Source: an uncultured Gemmatimonadaceae bacterium
GTDB lineage: Bacteria > Gemmatimonadota > Gemmatimonadetes > Gemmatimonadales > Gemmatimonadaceae
Reading direction: 5' to 3'
NCBI GenBank assembly: GCA_963761305.1
Contig: CAVXGK010000001.1
Coordinates: forward strand, 640,001-704,000
Length of the DNA stretch: 64,000 nucleotides
Part shown: positions 20,448 to 29,723 of the stretch, piece by piece
Position numbering within the stretch: position 1 is the stretch's first letter
Layout of the letters: the number at the start of each line of letters is the position of its first letter
Notes under the pieces: generated by a model
Database searches by the model: none
Seen by the model: the letters and a program-made list of their open reading frames with translations, nothing else
Told to the model about the DNA's origin: nothing
Program-made: the position numbers and the translations under genes

Positions 20448-22643
20448 TTAGAACCGCACCGTGCGGTAGACCGCGCTGACGTCGCCCGTCTGTCGCGGGA
20501 CGACGTACGACGGGCGCGGCGGCACGACCACCGACGCCGGCAGGCCCGGCCGCCGCGCCACCATCGCCAGATCGAAATGCGCGCCGGGCGGCACGGCGAT
20601 GGAGAACACCGCGCCGCTGTCGGGGACGTTCCAGAAGGTCCAGCTCCACGTGCGACCGTGGAATCGGAATCGTGTCGTGTCGACGACGCGGGCGTCGATC
20701 GCCGTGCGAACGACCGGCGCGCCGGTCGCGCGCAATGAGAGTGCGGTCGTTCCCGGCGGCGCGTTGACGCGCACGATGACTCGACGCGCGCCATCGATCA
20801 GCGTGTCGAGCAAAAGCCTCGCTGTTGGCGGTTCGAGACTGGCCCGCGCTTGCGGCTTGGCCGAGAAAAGCGCGCCGCGGCGAAGCGAGAGCGCCCACTC
20901 GGGCGGCGTCGCGAGCGGCGGACCAATCACTCGCTCAGCCCAGGCGCTGGATCCGTCGATGGAACCGAGCAAGGCGTCTCCGCCGTCGGCGTTTTGCGCG
21001 AACACAAGCGCGCTCGGCAACGGCGTGCTCGCGCTCGGCCCGGAGGTCGTCGCGCCGATGATCGCGAACACCACCGCCGCACCGGCGAATGCCGCCGGCA
21101 GCGGCCAGGACCGCCGTCGCCCACCGGCGGCACGCATGACCAGAGGCGCGGCAAGCCAGACGACCAACGCGGTCACGACCGCGAGCGCTGCCGAACCGGG
21201 ACCGGCGACGCCCAGCATGATCGCCGCGATCGTGTACGCGAGCCCGGCCAGCATGAGCAGGGCGACGGCCGCGGCAATCCACCACGCGATCTCGCGACCG
21301 GAACGCGCGGCGATCAGCGCGAACAGCAGCGGCCACGTGAACAGATAGCTCGTTCCGGGCGCGATGAAGCTCGTCACGATCGCGAGCACGAGCCACACGA
21401 CCAGCGCCCCCGCGTGGATCTCGGGCGACCAGCGAGTCGCCCCCGCATAGAGGAGAAGGTTGATCGCCACGATGGCGAGAGCGAGCGCCGCGGCGAACGT
21501 TCCGCTCCACGCCGCCGGTCCGTGCAGCCGCACCATCCATCCGAGCGCGCCGGACACCGCGAGCGCGACGATCATGGCCAGCGCGCCGACGGCGACGCCC
21601 TTCACGTCGCGCCGTACGACGATCACCGTCAACATGAGCGCGACCAACGCGAGTGGAATGGCGAAGCCCACGGGATATACCACCAGTCCGAGCAACGGCA
21701 GATCGAAGAACACCGCGTCGCCGGTCTTCGGACGCGGCAGATCCTCGCTGGCGACCTTGCGCGTGACGGCAAGCATCTGCAGACCGAGGTGTTGCACGCT
21801 CCTCGGATCGAGATGTGCGGCGTCATCGCTCGCCGTGTGATAGCGCTGCACTCCATCGACGAACGCGAAGTTCATCGCCGGCACGCGCAGCGCGAGGAGC
21901 TCCGACAGGTCGGTGTCGTTGGGAAGCGCGTGATAGATGGTCGTGAAGACGGAGCCGGCGGTCACGTCGCCGGCGGCGCGCAGCGCGGTGACCGCATCTC
22001 TGTTGCCTTCGCCCGTCTCGAACATGTAGGCGCGTCCGGTCGTGCCGCGGACGTCGAAGTTCAAGATGAACGCCACGTCCTTCGCCCACGGATGCTCGCG
22101 CACGAACGCCGCCGCGCCGAGCAATCCTGCCTCTTCGCCGTCGGTGAACAGCGCGATGACGTCGTGCGCCAACGGCTCTTTGCGCGCTCTGAGCGCGCGC
22201 AGCGTCTCGAGGAGCGCCACGCATCCGGCGCCGTCGTCGGCTGCCGCCGGTCCGGCTTCGACGCCGTCGTAGTGGACGACGAGCAGCACCGCTTTGCCGG
22301 TCGCGCTCGTTCCGGGCAACCAGGCGAGAATGTTCTGCACGCGGCCCGCGTCCTGTTCGCGCGTGCCGACGGCCGTGGCCGTTTGCAGTTGTGGCTTGAT
22401 GCCCAACGCGACGAGCCGGCCCATGATGTAGTCGCGGACGCGATCGTGATCCGCCATCCCGATCGCGTGGGGACGCGCGGCGATGGCCTCGATGTCGTGC
22501 ATCGCGCGCTCGGCGGAGAATACAGTGTCCGGCGCGGTTGCCGGAACGACCGACGGCGGACGCGTGACGCGCGCCACCGCAAACGCGCACAGGGCGGCCA
22601 GGCCGATCAGCGTGCCGACGCGAAGAGGGATTGACCTATCCAT
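20448..22643 (-). CDS. Membrane-bound M28 family metallopeptidase
   Basis: Motifs HYD, AADDG, DGEEAGLLGA, NDTD and YHT, followed by multiple TM helices. Confidence 0.88.
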   Translation of the reverse strand: MDRSIPLRVGTLIGLAALCAFAVARVTRPPSVVPATAPDTVFSAERAMHDIEAIAARPHAIGMADHDRVRDYIMGRLVALGIKPQLQTATAVGTREQDAGRVQNILAWLPGTSATGKAVLLVVHYDGVEAGPAAADDGAGCVALLETLRALRARKEPLAHDVIALFTDGEEAGLLGAAAFVREHPWAKDVAFILNFDVRGTTGRAYMFETGEGNRDAVTALRAAGDVTAGSVFTTIYHALPNDTDLSELLALRVPAMNFAFVDGVQRYHTASDDAAHLDPRSVQHLGLQMLAVTRKVASEDLPRPKTGDAVFFDLPLLGLVVYPVGFAIPLALVALMLTVIVVRRDVKGVAVGALAMIVALAVSGALGWMVRLHGPAAWSGTFAAALALAIVAINLLLYAGATRWSPEIHAGALVVWLVLAIVTSFIAPGTSYLFTWPLLFALIAARSGREIAWWIAAAVALLMLAGLAYTIAAIMLGVAGPGSAALAVVTALVVWLAAPLVMRAAGGRRRSWPLPAAFAGAAVVFAIIGATTSGPSASTPLPSALVFAQNADGGDALLGSIDGSSAWAERVIGPPLATPPEWALSLRRGALFSAKPQARASLEPPTARLLLDTLIDGARRVIVRVNAPPGTTALSLRATGAPVVRTAIDARVVDTTRFRFHGRTWSWTFWNVPDSGAVFSIAVPPGAHFDLAMVARRPGLPASVVVPPRPSYVVPRQTGDVSAVYRTVRF

Positions 22644-22736
22644 AGATTGCTTCAGGTGGCGGCGGGTGCGGCGGGTCCTTGCGCTTGTCGGTCAACGCAT
22701 CATTGTACATCGACGCACTTCCATTCTGGAGCAGCG

Positions 22737-23138
22737 ATGGCCGACGCAGCACACCACGACGACGCCAAGACCGTTCTCGTGGTGGACGACCACGAAACGA
22801 CGCGACAAACCATCGCTCGCATGCTCGAAGCGGGTGGCTTCGCCGTGCGCACGGCGCGCAGCGGGCCCGAGGCGCTCGAGATGTTGGCCTCCGGTCGCGA
22901 CGAGATCGATCTCGTGCTCTCCGACGTCACCATGCCGGGCATGACCGGCATCGATTTGTCGTACCACATTCGCGATCAGTATCCCGAGATGCCGGTCGCC
23001 ATCGTCTCGGGCGACGTGAGCGAGCTGGAACGGAGCATCATCGGTCGCGCGGAAGTGCCCTTCATCAAGAAGCCGTTCCACGCCGAGTCGTTGTACAGCG
23101 CGGTACGCGAAGCGATGCGCCGCCACGCGTCCGACTGA
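22737..23138 (+). CDS. Single-domain response regulator (REC)
   Basis: Motifs VLVVDD, DLVLSDVTMPGMTG, IVSG and KKPF. Confidence 0.9.
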   Translation: MADAAHHDDAKTVLVVDDHETTRQTIARMLEAGGFAVRTARSGPEALEMLASGRDEIDLVLSDVTMPGMTGIDLSYHIRDQYPEMPVAIVSGDVSELERSIIGRAEVPFIKKPFHAESLYSAVREAMRRHASD

Positions 23139-23165
23139 CGTCGAACGCGCCCGCGGGCGGCAACG

Positions 23166-23660
23166 CTACGGCTTGACGAACGTTTGCTTCCCCGAGAACG
23201 ACTGTCCGGCGACTGACGCGTCGTTCGTGATCACGAGCGTCTTCTTGTCGGCCGAGAGCGAGTAACGCTCGGTTCCGGAAAACGGCGAGCCGCCGAAGTC
23301 AGCCGACGTCTTGATCACGAGGACGTCGTCGCTCCACGCGGCGGTCGAGTTGAAATCGACGTTCGTGCCGTTGGCGTTCACCGTGTTTTTCGACGGCGAT
23401 CCGTCGAGCGCGTACGTCGACGTGCCCGAGCGCGTCATGCCCATCGCCGTCGTCGTACGATCGATGGTCATCGACTTGTCGGTCTGCGTCACCTTGAGCG
23501 TCGCCGATGTCGGCACCATCGGACCTTCGCTCTTGGCGACGTCGAGCGTCCACGTGCCCGAAAAATCCGGGTGCGCTCGTGCGCGCGCCGTCGGCCCCGG
23601 AATGGCGGCGAGGGTTGTCAGCATGAACATCCCGGCCATCCAGGGAACAACGCGTCGCAT
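23166..23660 (-). CDS. Secreted beta-rich (lipocalin-like) hypothetical protein
   Basis: Signal peptide; PDFSGTWTLD..YALDG..LSADKKTL motifs; AGGAG RBS. Confidence 0.75.
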   Translation of the reverse strand: MRRVVPWMAGMFMLTTLAAIPGPTARARAHPDFSGTWTLDVAKSEGPMVPTSATLKVTQTDKSMTIDRTTTAMGMTRSGTSTYALDGSPSKNTVNANGTNVDFNSTAAWSDDVLVIKTSADFGGSPFSGTERYSLSADKKTLVITNDASVAGQSFSGKQTFVKP

Positions 23661-23698
23661 CGGGTCTCCTGAGGAGAGGTGGGCCTGCGAATCGATTC

Positions 23699-25021
23699 CT
23701 ATTTCTTCTTCGCCGGCTTGGCCGCCGGCTTGGCCGCCGCTTTGCTCGCGCCCTTCGGCGCGTCGCGCAGCACCATGTTCTGGCCCTCGTAGGCGAATTT
23801 CACGTTCGCGCTCTGCTCGATCTGGTGGATCGCCACCATGTTCGAATCGAGCGACGCGTCAATCGAGGTCGGTCGGTCGAGCAGCGGTGCGTCCGGCACC
23901 TTGAGGTCGGAGTTGAGCCACCGGCCGACGGTCGCAACCGCTTGCCGCAACGGCTTCTGCCTTACGACGAGCCGGTGATCCAGCCAACTGAACGATTCAG
24001 CCTTGCCGTCGTCACTGAGCGCGTGGATCCCGGTCTTGTCGGCGACCATCGCCTGCCCGGCGGCGACCACGCTGGTCAGTTTCCCGGACTTGATAGTAAC
24101 CGATCCTTCCTGTACGAGGACTTTGGCAGAGCTGTCTTCCGGGTAGGCCGAAACCGCGAACTTGGTCCCGGTGGCGATGAACTGCGTGTGGTTCGCCACG
24201 ACACGCAACGGCATCTTCTGGCCGGGCGCCACGTCGAACGAGGCCGTGCCCTCGACGCGAATCGCTCGCAGCGTCGTCGGAAAACCTTCGGGTTTGAAGA
24301 TTTTGGTCTCGGGACCGAATTGCACAGCCGAACCGTCTTCCAGCTTTGTGCTGCCAATTTGCCCCGCGCTCGAGGAGATCGGCTGAAGGTTCGGCGCCGC
24401 CACTGAGGCGAGCACCGCGTCGTCTTCACCGAGGCCGCTCAGGTAGCGCACTCCCCCGATCGCGATCACGAGGGCCACGACGCCGGTGATGACCGGCACC
24501 GTCCAGTTGCGCTTTTGCGACATGTCCTTCACGCGCGACGCAGCGTCGTGCCGGCCGGCCGACGCGGCCGCCTGATGCGCGGCGGCGGTGTTTCCTTCAC
24601 CGCGGATCGTGCGCGTGATGCGTGACCACGCCTCCTCGGCATCCGCCTGCGGCGACGCCGCGTGCGTGCCGGTCATCGTCACCTCGTCACGCGACGACGA
24701 ACCACCGAAACGCTGCGCGGCGACTCGCCGGCTCAATGCGCGGGCCGAGCCGTGCGTGACTTCGTCCGCCAACACCTTTTTGAACTGCGCGAGCGACGTC
24801 AGCGTCGCGCGCTGCTGCCACACGTTGACGAAGGCCGTCTCGACGACGCGCGGTGCAAGCGTCGGAGCATCCTTCAGCTTCTCGTGCGCCATCGCCATGG
24901 CGCCGGCGAACTCCGCGTCGAACGCGCGCCGCAGTGCCGTCTCGTCCCGCAAATAGTTCGATGACGATGGAGCGGACTTCACGGACGAGGGGGTATCGGT
25001 GCGGGCATCCTGCGACGCCAT
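23699..25021 (-). CDS. FecR-domain membrane protein with N-terminal ECF-sigma region-2-like domain
   Basis: One TM segment; FecR motifs LEDGSAVQFGPET, EGTASFDV, TGTKFAV and VQEGSV. The N-terminus resembles ECF region 2. GGAGG RBS. Confidence 0.75.
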   Translation of the reverse strand: MASQDARTDTPSSVKSAPSSSNYLRDETALRRAFDAEFAGAMAMAHEKLKDAPTLAPRVVETAFVNVWQQRATLTSLAQFKKVLADEVTHGSARALSRRVAAQRFGGSSSRDEVTMTGTHAASPQADAEEAWSRITRTIRGEGNTAAAHQAAASAGRHDAASRVKDMSQKRNWTVPVITGVVALVIAIGGVRYLSGLGEDDAVLASVAAPNLQPISSSAGQIGSTKLEDGSAVQFGPETKIFKPEGFPTTLRAIRVEGTASFDVAPGQKMPLRVVANHTQFIATGTKFAVSAYPEDSSAKVLVQEGSVTIKSGKLTSVVAAGQAMVADKTGIHALSDDGKAESFSWLDHRLVVRQKPLRQAVATVGRWLNSDLKVPDAPLLDRPTSIDASLDSNMVAIHQIEQSANVKFAYEGQNMVLRDAPKGASKAAAKPAAKPAKKK

Positions 25022-25316
25022 GCTGCCTCCAAGGCGGTTGGCCGTTAGATGATGTGGCTGCGAGACATATATCATGGCGTCGGGGCGGGCGCGTGCAAGA
25101 GGTGATGGCCGTTTGGTGGCGTGATCGCGCGCCTTGTTTTGGATGGGTCTCGCACAGTCGGTGCACTCCGCGTGCGCCTCGATGGCGACACGATCCGCGA
25201 TAGGTCGCGACGTTTCCGAGCCCGATTCCGGCCCGACTCACCTCGCAGGGACGCTACGACTCGAACCTTGCGCGATCTGGGCGAGGAACAGAGTCGATGC
25301 GTCGTGTCGCAACCGG

Positions 25317-25334
25317 TGATGCTTGAGTGCAACA
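25317..25334. promoter_or_regulatory. Candidate enhancer (UAS) site for a sigma54 activator
   Basis: TGATGCTTGAGTGCAACA, a near-palindromic 18-mer 96 bp upstream of a -24/-12 element. Confidence 0.55.
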
Positions 25335-25430
25335 GTTAGCCCCCTCTCTCGCAATCTGCCGATACGCGGCCGAATCCATAAGGCATTGTATGGAACGAAC
25401 ATAGGCGACGTGACGAGCGGGCCCGGCCTG

Positions 25431-25446
25431 TGGCACGTCCGCTGCT
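25431..25446 (+). promoter_or_regulatory. sigma54 -24/-12 promoter of the STAS gene
   Basis: TGGCACGTCCGCTGCT, close to consensus TGGCACG-N4-TTGCW. Confidence 0.7.
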
Positions 25447-25506
25447 ATCCCCTCGTGGCTTCACAAGGCAATGCGCGACGGATGTCGGCGTCGGCGCGGA
25501 GGTCTC

Positions 25507-25812
25507 ATGGAAACGGCCCTTAGTAAGACGTTGATTCCCTGTACGATCGAGCTGCGTCACGAGATGGCGATGTCTGGCCCGCGTTCGGTGCGTACGTCGA
25601 TCATGACGGCGCTCGGCAAGGGTGATCGGCACGTCGTGGTGGATTGCTGCGGCTGGGAGCAGTTGGATTTGGTGGTCTTGAGCACCCTCGTGCAGGGCGC
25701 CAAGGCGTGTGCCGCGTTCGGAGCGTCGTTCGAGCTGGTGAACCTTGCTGGCCATGTCCATGATGACATCGTCGCGCTCCGTCTGGAACGCCGGCTAGGA
25801 CTGATCGCGTAG
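25507..25812 (+). CDS. STAS domain protein (anti-anti-sigma-like)
   Basis: VVVDCCGWEQLD..LSTLV..FELVNL..LRLERRL pattern; GGAGG RBS. Confidence 0.7.
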   Translation: METALSKTLIPCTIELRHEMAMSGPRSVRTSIMTALGKGDRHVVVDCCGWEQLDLVVLSTLVQGAKACAAFGASFELVNLAGHVHDDIVALRLERRLGLIA

Positions 25813-25816
25813 GTTG

Positions 25817-25857
25817 TGTTGCATGGGGACCACAGATACTGAGGATCGCCGGCAACA
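25817..25857. promoter_or_regulatory. Tandem candidate enhancer sites upstream of the PEP-CTERM gene
   Basis: TGTTGCATGGGGACCACA (25817-25834) and TGAGGATCGCCGGCAACA (25840-25857). Confidence 0.6.
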
Positions 25858-25954
25858 TTGGCATCAAATGTTTCAATTGAATTGGCGAGGGCGTTTTTTG
25901 CGTAAACTGCTTTGCAACAACGTTTTAGTACCATGTAAAGCTTGTTGGGAAGCG

Positions 25955-25970
25955 TGGTATGGCCCCTGCG
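25955..25970 (+). promoter_or_regulatory. sigma54 -24/-12 promoter of the PEP-CTERM gene
   Basis: TGGTATGGCCCCTGCG (GG-N10-GC), preceded by an AT-rich spacer. Confidence 0.62.
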
Positions 25971-26036
25971 ATAGCGGGCCCAAGGATTGAGCGCCGGTGG
26001 ACGCCGCGCTCTGAAGGCGAACCTGAGTCTGGAGGA

Positions 26037-26663
26037 ATGATGAGAGTGCGTAACCTCGCGTGTGCCGTGATGATCGGTACCGCGGCAGTTTCGTTGGCGT
26101 CGGCGCCAGCATCGGCACAGCTGGTCACATTTTCGACGTCAGGCGCGTTCAGCCAAGGGTCCTGTGGACCGTCTCTATGCGTCTTCGGTGGTTATGTGCT
26201 GACGTACGTTCCGGAATTCAACGTCCAGTGGCAACAGCCAAGCGACATCAGCCTGGGCGACTTCGCGGCCACCTGCTTCTCTGCCCCGTGCTCCGGCGGG
26301 AACATCCTCTCCGGCTCGACGTTCATGCTGACCATCAACGAGAGCGGCCCGACCCCTGGCTCCGCGTCGATTTCCGGTCTGCTAGGCTGGGACGCGTCCA
26401 CCAACACGCTGTCGTGGAACCCGAACACGAGTACCGTGACCATCGGGGGCACCACGTACACGCTGGACGAAGACAATACCGGCTGCGCGTTCCAGAACTC
26501 GCAGTGCGTCGACATTTCGACGCCCCACGTCAATGGGATTCCACTCTTCACGAACATCACAGATCCCGTCACCGCCACGCCCGAACCGGCGACGATCGCC
26601 CTCATGGCCACCGGCCTTGTCGGCCTGATTCCCGTCGCCCGGCGCCGTCGCAAGAACGCCTAG
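26037..26663 (+). CDS. PEP-CTERM sorting-domain surface protein
   Basis: Signal peptide (ASAQ); C-terminal TPEPATIALMATGLVGLIPVARRRRK; GGAGG RBS (start ATG 26037 or 26040). Confidence 0.9.
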   Translation: MMRVRNLACAVMIGTAAVSLASAPASAQLVTFSTSGAFSQGSCGPSLCVFGGYVLTYVPEFNVQWQQPSDISLGDFAATCFSAPCSGGNILSGSTFMLTINESGPTPGSASISGLLGWDASTNTLSWNPNTSTVTIGGTTYTLDEDNTGCAFQNSQCVDISTPHVNGIPLFTNITDPVTATPEPATIALMATGLVGLIPVARRRRKNA

Positions 26664-26712
26664 ACCTTACCTCGCTCCAGTTCACGGGCAGGTAACGGCG
26701 TCCACCGTAGAC

Positions 26713-26758
26713 ACCGCGGGAGTCGCTGCTCAAGCAGCGACTCCCGCGGTCTTTTTTT
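26713..26758 (+). terminator. Intrinsic terminator
   Basis: Perfect 17-bp stem ACCGCGGGAGTCGCTGC/GCAGCGACTCCCGCGGT followed by T7. Confidence 0.9.
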
Positions 26759-26834
26759 GCGTTTGCGGTTCTCTTGCGTCGAAAAGACGAGCCCGCTCCA
26801 CCGCCTCTCAACTCCACGACAAGGGTTTTTCTTC

Positions 26835-27371
26835 GTGCCTCAACTCTCGAACGAGTTCGTTCGCCGAATCCAGGTCCCTGTCTACCTCATTGTCGCGTAT
26901 CTGAGCATCGGGTCGATCATCGAGCTCCTGGTGGCCGGCTGGCCGCTCCATCTCCATGACGTGAATTTCCGGCTTGGATTGCTGAATTCCGCCGCCGCCG
27001 CCACAGGGACTGAGTTGCTCGCGCTGCTCCTTCTCGTGGTGATGGGTCAGCTCGCCATGTCGAGCGGGGCGCTTTGGGCCGGCTTCTGGTACTGCCTCCT
27101 CGTTGCGCTGGCGTACATCGCCGCCGCCGGCACCTTCGTGCTCGATGCCCTTCAGCTTCGCGGCCGGGTCCCCGCCGCCGAGGTGACGCGATTCGACGTC
27201 ACGATCGCGTGGGCGCTCGGGCGCTTCGCGGCCGCCGAGATCGTGTGCCTGTTCCTCGCGGCGTGCGCGATGTATGCCGCTCGCTCACTCCGGCGTGAGT
27301 CCCCGCGCGACAGCGCCAACAGGCTGGTGGTCGGCGTCCCCGGTGCCAGCACGACGCCCGTCCCGCACTGA
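26835..27371 (+). CDS. Four-TM hypothetical membrane protein
   Basis: Four hydrophobic segments; GTG start approximate. Confidence 0.7.
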   Translation: MPQLSNEFVRRIQVPVYLIVAYLSIGSIIELLVAGWPLHLHDVNFRLGLLNSAAAATGTELLALLLLVVMGQLAMSSGALWAGFWYCLLVALAYIAAAGTFVLDALQLRGRVPAAEVTRFDVTIAWALGRFAAAEIVCLFLAACAMYAARSLRRESPRDSANRLVVGVPGASTTPVPH

Positions 27372-27395
27372 CGCCACGCCGAAGCCAACGGCGCC

Positions 27396-28328
27396 TCAGG
27401 GCGCCAACGTCGGATCGTAGCTGGTGACGAACTCGATGAACTTCGAAACGTCCACCATGTCTCGCCCGACGAATCGCACCGTGTGCGAGTCGATGCGTTG
27501 TACGTTCGGCAAGTACCCGAGCAGCTCGACCGGACGATAGTTCTTGAACGACACGTCGAGCGTGATGGGATGAGTCATCGCGTAGGGCTTCATCTCTCCG
27601 CGCCGTTTGACCGCGGTCGCGGCGTGCTCGCGAATCAAACGTCGCGCCGTTTCCGGCGTCATCGTCCCCGTCGAGTGGAAGCCGATCGCCCGCTTCACCG
27701 CGACGCCCTCGATCGGGCCCAGTCGCGCCTTCGTCTCGGCCACGATCGCGTCGTCACCGGTCAGCATCACGACGGGAACACCGTACTGCGCGGCGATCGC
27801 GGCGTTGATTCCCGCCTCGGACATCGAGACCCCGTTCAGCGAGATGCGGGTCAGCAGCGCGCTCGAGATCGTGTGTGCACGCACGCCGGTGGTGCTCGAT
27901 GTCGAGGCGTGGTAGCCGATGAAAATCACCGCCGCGAACGTCGAATCGATCCCCTCCATCATGCCGAGTGGCCGAGGAAATGATCGGATGATGGTTACCG
28001 GAATGTCGGTCGGGAATCGATCGATCAAGAGCGATTCGCCGTTGCCATGCGAATCGCTCACCACGAACTCGGTGGCCCCCGCATCGCGAGCTCCCTGGAT
28101 CGCCGCCAGCACTTCACCAGTCATCCAGTCGCGCGCCCGCTCGTACTCGAAGTTTCCGGGCCCCAGCTGGTCCACCGACGCCACGCCCGTGATGCCTTCC
28201 ATGTCCGCCGAGATGTAGACCTTGAGCGGGGCGGTGGGTCGCTGCGCCTGCGCGGTGACCGCACTCGCGACCAAGGCAATCGCCACCAATCCAAACGCGG
28301 TGGGGCCGGCGTGTCGGGCGCGCCTCAC
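27396..28328 (-). CDS. dppA: M55 family D-aminopeptidase with signal peptide
   Basis: Motifs YISADMEG, DSHG, IGYHA, AHT, SEAGINA and GDD. GTG overlaps the upstream stop. Confidence 0.88.
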   Translation of the reverse strand: MRRARHAGPTAFGLVAIALVASAVTAQAQRPTAPLKVYISADMEGITGVASVDQLGPGNFEYERARDWMTGEVLAAIQGARDAGATEFVVSDSHGNGESLLIDRFPTDIPVTIIRSFPRPLGMMEGIDSTFAAVIFIGYHASTSSTTGVRAHTISSALLTRISLNGVSMSEAGINAAIAAQYGVPVVMLTGDDAIVAETKARLGPIEGVAVKRAIGFHSTGTMTPETARRLIREHAATAVKRRGEMKPYAMTHPITLDVSFKNYRPVELLGYLPNVQRIDSHTVRFVGRDMVDVSKFIEFVTSYDPTLAP

Positions 28329-29668
28329 TGGGCGACCTCCACGTTCGGCTCGTCGACTTCCTGCCACACTCGCCCCGGCCGCGTTTCAGGCAGCGCGAAG
28401 GTCCCGATCACGACCGTCAGCAGCGACACGCCGATCGGGAACCACAGACCGGCGAGCTTGTTCCCGGTCGCGGCGACGATCGACGTCGCGATCAGCGGCA
28501 TGAATCCGCCAAACCAGCCGTTTCCGAAATGGTAGGGGAGCGAGAGCGACGTATACCGGATTCTCGCCGGGAAGCTCTCGACGAGGAACGCCGCGATCGG
28601 TCCGTAGACCATCGTCACGTAGAACACCTGCACGAACACGAGGAACACCAGCATCGGCACATTGAGCGGCTGCGCCGCCGAGATCATCGCCTTGTAGATC
28701 GGGATGTACGTCAACGCGGCGACGAGGCACCCGGCCATGATGATTCTCTTGCGGCCGATGCGGTCCGAGAGCGAACCGAAAACGACGAAGAACGGCGTCG
28801 CCAACACGAGCGCGATCGCCACGATGATGTACGCCGTGTCGATCGGAATCTTGAGAATCGTCTGCAGGAAGATGAGCGCGTAGAACTGGCCGGTGTACCA
28901 CACGACCGCTTGTCCCGCCGTGGCGCCGAACAGCACGAGCAGGAAGAAGCGCCAGCGCTCGAGCGTCCCATAGCTGTCGGCGATCGGCGCCGTGGACGTC
29001 TTCCCGGCCGCCTTGAGCTGCGCGAACACCGGCGACTCGGCCATACGCGCACGGATGTAGTACGAGACGATCACCAGCATCGACGACAGCAGGAACGGAA
29101 TCCGCCAGCCCCACGCCTTGAAATCCGCATCGCTCATCGAGTGCTTCGTCACGAGAATCACGATCAGCGACACAAAAAATCCGAGCGTCGCCGTCGTCTG
29201 GATGAACGACGTGTAGTAGCCGCGCTTGTCGTCCGGCGAGTGTTCGGCGACGTAGATCGCCGCGCCGCCGTATTCACCGCCGAGGGCCAGCCCCTGAAGC
29301 AGGCGAAGCGTCACCAGCAGAATCGGCGCGAAGATTCCGAGCGTCCCGTAGCCCGGGAGCAGACCGATCGCGGCCGTCGCGCCGCCCATGATGAGCAATG
29401 TCATCATGAACGCGTACTTCCGTCCAACGAGGTCCCCGATGCGGCCGAACACCAAGGCACCGAACGGGCGCACGGCGAAGCCCGCGGCGAACGTCGCGAG
29501 CCACTTCAGCAGCGAGACCGTCGCATTCGCCTCGGGATAGAAAACCGCCGAGAGCACCGCCGCGAGACTGCCGAAGATGTAGAAGTCGTACCACTCGATG
29601 ACCGTGCCGGCCGACGACGCGGCGATCACGCCCCAAATCCCGCGCGTCTGTGCGTTGGATGTTGTCAT
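28325..29668 (-). CDS. MFS metabolite:H+ symporter (MHS family)
   Basis: Motifs GTVIEWYDFYIFG, GDLVGRK, GGEYGGA and WGWRIPFL. Confidence 0.92.
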   Translation of the reverse strand: MTTSNAQTRGIWGVIAASSAGTVIEWYDFYIFGSLAAVLSAVFYPEANATVSLLKWLATFAAGFAVRPFGALVFGRIGDLVGRKYAFMMTLLIMGGATAAIGLLPGYGTLGIFAPILLVTLRLLQGLALGGEYGGAAIYVAEHSPDDKRGYYTSFIQTTATLGFFVSLIVILVTKHSMSDADFKAWGWRIPFLLSSMLVIVSYYIRARMAESPVFAQLKAAGKTSTAPIADSYGTLERWRFFLLVLFGATAGQAVVWYTGQFYALIFLQTILKIPIDTAYIIVAIALVLATPFFVVFGSLSDRIGRKRIIMAGCLVAALTYIPIYKAMISAAQPLNVPMLVFLVFVQVFYVTMVYGPIAAFLVESFPARIRYTSLSLPYHFGNGWFGGFMPLIATSIVAATGNKLAGLWFPIGVSLLTVVIGTFALPETRPGRVWQEVDEPNVEVAQ

Positions 29669-29723
29669 GCGCACAATACTGCGTTCTGTGAGCCGCTTTG
29701 ACGAGAGCGGCCGCCCGCCAGGT

